From: Elusimicrobiota bacterium
GTDB taxonomy: Bacteria; Elusimicrobiota; Elusimicrobia; UBA1565; JACRDR01
Direction: 5' to 3'
DNA length: 64,000 bases
NCBI GenBank assembly: GCA_041694815.1
Contig: JBGFSC010000045.1
Span: 35,807 to 99,806 of the forward strand
Position numbers and translations under genes: made by a program
Notes under the pieces: model-generated
Told to the model about the DNA's origin: nothing
Seen by the model: only the letters and a program-made list of their open reading frames with translations
Database searches by the model: none
Shown here: positions 57,674 to 64,000 of the stretch, in pieces
Position numbering within the stretch: the first letter of the stretch is position 1
Layout of the letters: each line of letters opens with the position of its first letter

Positions 57674-57789
57674 CCTAACACGGCTGTTACAAACCTGGGC
57701 CTCATAGGGTATCTTTACCTGGGCCCTATGCCTCAGGCCTCTGACCGGCCTTTCCGCGTATAATAGCGCTGTTTTTCCCGAGGAGAGAA

Positions 57790-58335
57790 ATGCTAGCGAA
57801 AAACCTTTTTGTGCTGGTCGTCGTCGGCCTCGTTCCCGCATGCGTTAAGGCGGACGATTTGGAGAAGGCGTGGGCGGAGCAGGGCCGTCGTTTCGATTTT
57901 ACGGCAATCCTCGAGGAATCGGCTGTCTCCGCGTCGGTCGGCGCGATGGGACCGGCTCGCGCGCTCACTCCGGCCCCTAAAAAGAAGGCGCTTGCCATGC
58001 CCTCGCCCACGCGACGCTGCGGCGGCGAAAACAAGCCCGTCCATCCCGCCGCCAGAGCCATGGGACTACTCGGAGGCTCCATCACCGCCCTTCTGGGCTT
58101 CGCCGTGGGAGTCGTCGTCGTCGGCTCGATCGTCTTGCCGCTGCTTCTTGCGGTGGTTACCTACGATTACGACAGCAGCTTTGGCGACCGGCTAGGGAAA
58201 ATTTTGGCCTGGCCGATCGCCTTGCCGATTCAGGGCTTTAAATGGGGCCGAAAGGCCGGCATCGAGGCGGCCTATAGCTTCGCGCAAAACATTCGGAAGG
58301 CTATTGAGGCCCAGTACAAGTCTAAGTTCCCATAG
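57790..58335 (+). CDS. Secreted/membrane hypothetical protein (paralog of 59425-60087)
   Basis: Signal peptide, Gly-rich hydrophobic stretch and PIALPIQGFKWGRK. Confidence 0.7.
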   Translation: MLAKNLFVLVVVGLVPACVKADDLEKAWAEQGRRFDFTAILEESAVSASVGAMGPARALTPAPKKKALAMPSPTRRCGGENKPVHPAARAMGLLGGSITALLGFAVGVVVVGSIVLPLLLAVVTYDYDSSFGDRLGKILAWPIALPIQGFKWGRKAGIEAAYSFAQNIRKAIEAQYKSKFP

Positions 58336-58336
58336 A

Positions 58337-59428
58337 ATGCAAGTTCTCCTGTTTTTTGTTTTCTTGCTGTCCGCCCTTCCGGCGCATGCAAAAAAAGGTC
58401 CGGGCAGAGTTCCTTCGCAGCCCGACGCCGCGCATGCCTCTTCCGAGAAGGGACTGCTCCGGGAATTCCAAACGCTTAAGGAAGTGGCGGTGATGCGGGA
58501 GGGCGAGCTCAGTTTCGTGGCCTTCGCCCCGTCCGGCGGAGTGCTGCTGGCAGGCGATCACGGCGCCGCGATCTGGGACGCTCGCAGCGGCAGGGAGATG
58601 ATCCGATTTCAGGGGCATCAAGGCGCACTGTACTCGGCGGCCTTTAGCCCCGATGGCCGTTCCGTGGCGATGGCGGGCGAAGAAGGACGCGTCTACCGCT
58701 GGGACCTCGACGGGACTTCCCTGGGCGAGCCTCTTGACGCGGGCGGCTGGGTGAACGCCCTGGCCTTTAGCACCGATGGGGCCCATCTCTTGGCCGTATC
58801 GCCTGAGAAGAACCGGGCCATCGTTTTCGACATTGAAGCGGGAAAGAAGTCGGCCGAAGTCGAGGTCAAAGGGCTTCGTTCCGCCGCCTTCAGACTCGGC
58901 GCCGCCGAGATCATCACCCTCGATGAGAAGGGCCATTGCGTGGCCTGGGGGCTGCAATCGAAGCCCGTCAACAGCCGCAAGCTGGGGGAATTCGGGAAGG
59001 TCGATTCCGCGATCTTTAGCGCCGACGGCTCTAGGGTCCTGATCAGGCCCCGCCGCTTCGGCGAAGGCTTTCTCGTCTGCGAAGCGTATTGGGGGCGATG
59101 CCTCGGTGATTTTTGGCATGGCCAAGGACTTGCCTTGAACGCCAACGGTTCGAAGGTCATTATGAGCGATGAAAAAGAGGTGGCCGTCATGGATGTCGCG
59201 ACCGGAAAGCGGGAACGCACCCTGGCGTCGCCGGGCGGCCGTGCGTACGCGGCGGCCTTAAACGACAAGGCATCCCGGCTAGTCTTTTCCGACATCGATT
59301 CGGCCCGCCTATGGAGGATCGGCATGGGCGAGGAGGATTTTAAGGAGATGAGGCGGGTGCTGGAGGAAAAGGCGGGTTCCCTCGGCGGGGCGGACGGGGA
59401 AAAAGCGGAGGATCGCTTCCGGCTATGA
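58337..59428 (+). CDS. Secreted WD40-repeat protein
   Basis: Signal peptide, GHQGALYSAAFSPDG...WD repeats. Confidence 0.82.
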   Translation: MQVLLFFVFLLSALPAHAKKGPGRVPSQPDAAHASSEKGLLREFQTLKEVAVMREGELSFVAFAPSGGVLLAGDHGAAIWDARSGREMIRFQGHQGALYSAAFSPDGRSVAMAGEEGRVYRWDLDGTSLGEPLDAGGWVNALAFSTDGAHLLAVSPEKNRAIVFDIEAGKKSAEVEVKGLRSAAFRLGAAEIITLDEKGHCVAWGLQSKPVNSRKLGEFGKVDSAIFSADGSRVLIRPRRFGEGFLVCEAYWGRCLGDFWHGQGLALNANGSKVIMSDEKEVAVMDVATGKRERTLASPGGRAYAAALNDKASRLVFSDIDSARLWRIGMGEEDFKEMRRVLEEKAGSLGGADGEKAEDRFRL

Positions 59429-60087
59429 GGATCGGGAGTCTCGCGTTCGCCGCTTTGCTCGCGCTCTGCGGCGCGTCGCTCGGAGAGGAGATGGAGAACG
59501 ACTGGGCCCGGCAAGCCCGCCCCTTCGACGGCGGGCGCGTCGTTTCGGCGCCGACCGTTTCCGCGCGATCCGGCATCGCCCTCCGGGCGGCCCCGATCTC
59601 GATTAGACCCGTGAAGGCGCGAGCGGCCGTCGCGCCCCCCGGGCCGTCTTGCGCCAAATCGAACCGGACGATGGCCGAAAAGATCGGCCTGAGGGCGGCC
59701 GCGGGCGTGTCGCACGCGGTGGGCATGCTCGTCGGCGCCATCGCGCTCGCCGCCGGAGCCGCGTTCGCGGCTTCAATATTCGGTCCCGTCATTTTGGCCG
59801 GGCCCGACGATTTCGAAGGTACGACCTACGGAGAGCGGCTGGGGAAGATGTTTTCCGCGCCCATAGCCCTGCCCATCCGAGGCTATAAGTGGGGAAGGAA
59901 GGTCGGCTTGGAAGCCGCCTACGGCCTGGCGCATGCGGTGCGGGCTGCCCGCGGCGAGAACTATATCCCCGACCTGCCGCCCGACACGCGCCGCGACATT
60001 CAGGATTTAAGGGACCGCTACGAGCGCGGGGAGTTCGACAAGCCGGAATTCCGGGAAAGGCTCAAGCGGCTTTTAGGGCTGAACTAA
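59425..60087 (+). CDS. Secreted/membrane hypothetical protein with SHOCT-like C-terminus
   Basis: PIALPIRGYKWGRK shared with 57790; C-terminus LRDRYERGEFDKPEFRERLKRL. Confidence 0.7.
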   Translation: MRIGSLAFAALLALCGASLGEEMENDWARQARPFDGGRVVSAPTVSARSGIALRAAPISIRPVKARAAVAPPGPSCAKSNRTMAEKIGLRAAAGVSHAVGMLVGAIALAAGAAFAASIFGPVILAGPDDFEGTTYGERLGKMFSAPIALPIRGYKWGRKVGLEAAYGLAHAVRAARGENYIPDLPPDTRRDIQDLRDRYERGEFDKPEFRERLKRLLGLN

Positions 60088-60571
60088 AGCGCGCGGCGAG
60101 GGCGATATGCCCTGCCTCCTCTCGGGCGATCTCCCCAAAGACGCGCGCGCTCTCCGGATCGAAATCCGCCATCTCCGACTGAAAGCGCAATTCGGCGTTC
60201 TGGCCCCGCCGCTCGGCGCTGGCCATGAACTCGAGAAAATCGCCCGCGTTCTCGCAGCCGACGAGCGAGCGCCATAGCGCGTCGGAGACCGGTCGCTCGG
60301 CCACGTCGACGCCGAGCTCCCGCATCCGTTCCAGCAGCCAGCCAAAATGCTTGTGTTCCGAGGCCGCTAGTTCCCGCCACGCCCGGCGCAGCGGCTCGGG
60401 AGCCTCCGCGAAACGCTCGACGGCCCATAGGAAGGCCTCGCGGGCCTGCAGCTCCGCGAAGGCGGCCGTCCTCAATCGATCAGCCACGCCCTCTCGGGTC
60501 TTAAGCGGTCTGGGCGCGGGCGGGCGCTCCCCATCCGCGCATAGGCGAAACGGGTTCCAGTCCCGGCTCAT
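60062..60571 (-). CDS. Ferritin-like di-iron protein (DUF455-like)
   Basis: AELQA...SEHKHF...AERRG...EEAGH; ATG at 60571. Confidence 0.7.
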   Translation of the reverse strand: MSRDWNPFRLCADGERPPAPRPLKTREGVADRLRTAAFAELQAREAFLWAVERFAEAPEPLRRAWRELAASEHKHFGWLLERMRELGVDVAERPVSDALWRSLVGCENAGDFLEFMASAERRGQNAELRFQSEMADFDPESARVFGEIAREEAGHIALAARFSSALKAA

Positions 60572-62085
60572 AGCGCGCGGAAGCTGTTGAGAAAGCGCTC
60601 GAAGTCGGGACGATAGTCGAGATAGGTGTCGCGCAGCGAGGACAGCTTCAGTATGAAATAACCCGATTCGGCCGGTACCATTGCATAATAATGGTGCAGC
60701 CAAAACCAGGAAGCCGGCAGGCGGTCGAGCGGCAAAAGCCGCTTCTCGGTGATCTCAAAGCGTCGGGAAGCGCGGCGATTCACGGGCCGGCGCTGCACGG
60801 AGCCGGCCGAGCGTTCGACCTCGTCGACGGACTGGCGCTCGCGCTTGAGCGCCTCCTCGAACGGCATGAATCCCTTGCGGCCCTTCTCGATGAAATGGAC
60901 ATGGAGCGCCGCCCGGTAGGCGCCTCCGGCCTCGGGCGGCCCGAGGAAGCGTGCCACCGTGCCGTAGGGCGCCTCCTCCTCGACGACCTGCCAGTCCGAG
61001 GGGAGCTCGGCGGAAAAAACGCGGTTTTGGAAGGTGCCGGCCCGATGGGGCTCGGGAGAGCCCCCCTGAGCAGGCTCGGTCTGTGCCAGGAAATCGGCAT
61101 CGTCGTGCGGGCGCCGGCTCCAATCCGCGAATTGAGCGCTCAGCTCGCCGTCGAGCTTGGGGGGCTTGCCGCGCCTTTGAAGCTCGCCGTAGAAGGCCAT
61201 CTGGGCCTCGCGCGCCCTGCGGCGCGCCTCGGCCGCGGCCGGCGGCAGGCCGCGCAGCTTGGAGTCAAGCAGCGTCAGCTCGGCCAAAAGCGAGCCGGCC
61301 ATCTGTTCGGTCGAAAAGCTCAGGCGCCGGGATTTGGCGGGAGGCGGCGGGTCCTCGGGGAGCAGCATCTCACCGGCGGCGAAGAACATCGTGCGCCGGG
61401 CCGCGACGGCCGGGCCGGAATTGATCACGATTTGAGTCTTGCCGACCGGAGGGGGATCCTGGGGAGGCAGCAAGGTCCTCGAGCGCAGCGAGGTCTGCGA
61501 GCGCCGCGAGTCGAGCAGTATGGGGGGGGCCAGGCGCATCAGGGCTCCCAGGGCGGCGCGTCGCTGCGCGGCGGGAGCGAAGTCGGCGATGAGCTCGATC
61601 ATCTGCTTGGCCTGCCGCCCATAGGCGGCGTCGTTGAGGAAAATCTGGAAGGCGGTGGCCGAGATCTCGGCATACTCCTCGAACGCAACGGTGGGTCGGG
61701 CGGGGGGCGCCGGCAGTGGGAGGGGAAGCCTCGCTTCCACGAGGGCCTGGGGGGGCGGCGTGGCGAGCTCGACCGAGTACCGCGGGGCTGCCGGGCCGCT
61801 GTCTAAGGCGTCGATTTCCTCGGGCGAGAAATAGGAGCGCAACTCCGCCTTGAGCTCGCGGGAAAGCGCGGGCCAATGGGTCCGGCCGATCTGCCGCAGC
61901 TCCTCCACCGCTTCGGGCGGGAGGCTCTTGCCGTGGCGGGCCTTGAGCACGTCGATCTTGAGCGTCGCCTGGAGGCGCTCACGGGCCGCGGCCTCCTCGG
62001 GCGACTCCATTTCGGGCGAAATCTCGGCGGCCGGGGCCGGGCATCCCAGAGCTAAGAGGAGAAGGCCTAGGCGAACGAATAGCAT
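60568..62085 (-). CDS. Exported hypothetical protein, C-terminal PsbP/Mog1-like domain
   Basis: Signal peptide; FSAELPSDW...FERFLNSFR ending. Confidence 0.6.
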   Translation of the reverse strand: MLFVRLGLLLLALGCPAPAAEISPEMESPEEAAARERLQATLKIDVLKARHGKSLPPEAVEELRQIGRTHWPALSRELKAELRSYFSPEEIDALDSGPAAPRYSVELATPPPQALVEARLPLPLPAPPARPTVAFEEYAEISATAFQIFLNDAAYGRQAKQMIELIADFAPAAQRRAALGALMRLAPPILLDSRRSQTSLRSRTLLPPQDPPPVGKTQIVINSGPAVAARRTMFFAAGEMLLPEDPPPPAKSRRLSFSTEQMAGSLLAELTLLDSKLRGLPPAAAEARRRAREAQMAFYGELQRRGKPPKLDGELSAQFADWSRRPHDDADFLAQTEPAQGGSPEPHRAGTFQNRVFSAELPSDWQVVEEEAPYGTVARFLGPPEAGGAYRAALHVHFIEKGRKGFMPFEEALKRERQSVDEVERSAGSVQRRPVNRRASRRFEITEKRLLPLDRLPASWFWLHHYYAMVPAESGYFILKLSSLRDTYLDYRPDFERFLNSFRAL

Positions 62086-62233
62086 GCCCTTAAATTAAAG
62101 CATTCTTGTTTCGCGGATATTGCGATCTCACTAATTATTCCGGCGCGGTGGTGTCGATGGGAGACGGTCTGGGTCCTGTCGCCGTGGGGCCCCATCGCCT
62201 ACTCGTTGCCCGGCGCCCGAGTCATAAGGCATA

Positions 62234-63742
62234 ATGCGGGCCGTGAGCGGAGAGGTTTCCATCGAACGGCAGGCCGCAGCGCTGGTCATGCCGGGCTTTA
62301 ACTTTGGTGTCGACGATCCGGCCCAGGCCGAGCGCTTAGTCGAGCTCGGCGTCGGCGGGTTTTGCCTCTATGGGGGGGCTTCCCAGGAGATTGCCGAATT
62401 CACGCGCAGGCTGCAGGAGCGGGCCCCTCGCCCGTTGCTTTTTTCGGCCGATTACGAAGACGGCGCGGCCGCCCATGTCCCCGACGCCACCCCGCTGCCG
62501 TCCAACATGGGCCTGGGGGCCGCCGGAAGCGAGACCCTCGCGTTTGAAAAAGGCTTGGTGACGGCCGCCGAGGCGCGGGCCATCGGCGTGCGCTGGGTGT
62601 TCGCTCCGGTGCTCGATCTGGCCACGGTGGCCGACAACCCGATCGTTAACGTGCGCTCCTTCGGCTCCGACCCCGGCCTCGTCTCGCGGCTGGCCCGAGC
62701 GTACATCAAGGGTTTATCGAGCCTTCGGGTGCTCTCCTGCCTCAAGCATTTCCCCGGGCACGGCGAGACGCATAAGGATTCCCATCTGGAGTTGCCCGTG
62801 CTCAGGCGCAGCCGGGCGCAGCTCTCGCGCCGGGAGCTCTTGCCCTTTAAGCACCTAGCGCCCGAGGCCGATTCGGTAATGCTGGCGCATCTGCGCATCC
62901 CCGCCTTCGGCGAGCGCCTGCCGAGCTCGCTTTCGAAAAAGACGGTCGGTTTGCTGCGCGGCCTGGGATTCGACAAGCTCGTCGTCACGGACGCGCTGTC
63001 GATGCGTGCCGTCTCCGGACGCATGAGCGACGCGAAGGCCTGCAAGGCCGCCCTGGCGGCCGGCGTCGACGTGCTGCTCGTGCCCACCGACGCCCCCGCC
63101 GCCGTATACGCGGTGATGGAGTTGGCCCAAGGCGAGCCGCGCCTGCGGGGGCATATCGCGGCGGCCTACGGCAGGCTGGAGCAGGCCCGGCGCGCCTGCG
63201 GGCTATACGAGGACCGCGGCATCCCCTCGGCGATGGAGCGGGCCACCTTCGCCGCGCCCGAGCACCGCGCCCAGGCCGAGAAAATGGCGGCGGCCTGCCT
63301 CGCCTGGGTCCGGAAACCGCCGCAGCCAACGGCGAGAAGCCTCCGCTATCTGGAGCCGGACGCCTCGGGCGCCGGGGAGTGGCAGGGCAAGGCCTTCGTC
63401 GAGGAATTGAGGGCGCTCGGCGTCCGCGTCACGCCGTATCCCGAAGGGGAGGGACCGGTCCTGGTCGCGTGTTTTTTGAGCCCGCGGGCTTATACGGGCC
63501 GCATCCGGTTCTCGCCGGAGGAGCTTCGCCCCGCGCAAAAGGCGCTCTCATCGGTCTCCGATTCGGTTCTCGTCTCCTTTGGCAGCCCCTTCGTCTTCGA
63601 CGAGTTTAAGGGGTATAATACCGGGCTCTGTGCTTTCGCCGGCAGCGAGGTCTCGCAGAAGGTGGCGGCGAGGGCGCTCATGGGGATGCAGGAAGCCGCG
63701 GGCAGAATTCCGGTCCGGCTTAAGTCTACCATGGATGAATAA
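62234..63742 (+). CDS. nagZ: GH3 beta-N-acetylhexosaminidase
   Basis: SADYEDG, APVLD, RSFGSDP, KHFPGHGETHKDSH, TDALSM. Confidence 0.88.
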   Translation: MRAVSGEVSIERQAAALVMPGFNFGVDDPAQAERLVELGVGGFCLYGGASQEIAEFTRRLQERAPRPLLFSADYEDGAAAHVPDATPLPSNMGLGAAGSETLAFEKGLVTAAEARAIGVRWVFAPVLDLATVADNPIVNVRSFGSDPGLVSRLARAYIKGLSSLRVLSCLKHFPGHGETHKDSHLELPVLRRSRAQLSRRELLPFKHLAPEADSVMLAHLRIPAFGERLPSSLSKKTVGLLRGLGFDKLVVTDALSMRAVSGRMSDAKACKAALAAGVDVLLVPTDAPAAVYAVMELAQGEPRLRGHIAAAYGRLEQARRACGLYEDRGIPSAMERATFAAPEHRAQAEKMAAACLAWVRKPPQPTARSLRYLEPDASGAGEWQGKAFVEELRALGVRVTPYPEGEGPVLVACFLSPRAYTGRIRFSPEELRPAQKALSSVSDSVLVSFGSPFVFDEFKGYNTGLCAFAGSEVSQKVAARALMGMQEAAGRIPVRLKSTMDE

Positions 63743-64000
63743 GGATCATGTACGTAATACTTTTTGCCGTAATCGAGTTCGCGCTGGCGTTCCCGTGTTT
63801 CAGTGCCTGGGCGCAAAATGAATCCTTATTTTTTAATGCGGCAGAAACAATCAGGGAATCGTTTAATTCTCAAAATGACCCACTCCTGTCCGGTTAAAGT
63901 TGGAGGCATAGCTGGAGGTCTTGACGCCTGAGGCGGTCGAGCCTTTTGGGGTTGAGGTGGAGCAGATCGAAAAGCGAGGCTCGCTCAAGCAAGGTTTCTT

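Noticed and set aside
62170..62201. Weak copies of the TRGGMC-N4-GKCCYA box between 62085 and nagZ
   Set aside because: Degenerate, and not at the 22-23 nt spacing from a -10 seen in the other three cases.
7037..63821. Numerous long antisense or alternate-frame ORFs in the track (e.g. 7037-7876, 12002-13099, 23992-25473, 51978-53348)
   Set aside because: Shadow ORFs of GC-rich genes with recognisable products on the other strand or frame.
1..64000. CRISPR array, rRNA or cas genes
   Set aside because: No regularly spaced repeat-spacer pattern, rRNA-like segment or Cas motif was seen.
63748..64000. Short signal-peptide-like ORF MYVILFAVIEFALAFPCFSAWAQ... (49 aa) after nagZ
   Set aside because: Stops follow in all three forward frames and the window ends. 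It could be a pseudogene fragment but cannot be supported.

Overview
GC-rich bacterial chromosome segment. The gene mix (McsA/McsB beside LolCDE-type genes, many secreted orphan proteins) suggests Elusimicrobiota or a similar lineage, but that is inference. Positions 1-8689 are one end of an integrated prophage/ICE-like element at the 3' end of a tRNA-Asp gene. It carries a large serine recombinase whose C-terminus is read from the antisense strand of the tRNA, a LexA-like repressor, a sigma-70-family factor, and replication/recombination genes. The most interesting signal is a compact regulatory cascade in this element: a sigma70 promoter with operator repeats, then a LexA-like gene, a two-repeat protein, a structured RNA ending in an intrinsic terminator, and a sigma factor, plus two matching bipartite boxes (TTCGCCACTTTT-N8-GGGGCTCTCCATTGGTG) in front of the leftward replication operon and a rightward operon. 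The rest is host chromosome: pirin, tRNA-Val, a lipoprotein/CHASE2-Ser/Thr kinase/PP2C/FHA operon, TCA genes (2-oxoacid:ferredoxin oxidoreductase, gltA, sucCD), a CHASE2 cyclase, thiolase, histidine utilisation (hutHUI, ftcD), a tandem dTMP-kinase-like pair, mcsAB, ilvE, lolD/lolCE, lysS, pckG, ndk and peptidoglycan recycling (murQ, anmK, nagZ). Several islands of secreted orphan/WD40 proteins share an upstream palindromic box, and two WD40 proteins share a C-terminal motif. Two palindromic GGTGCCAGG...CCTGGCACC elements are present. No CRISPR array or rRNA was seen. All product calls come from motif recognition by eye; no database searches were run.
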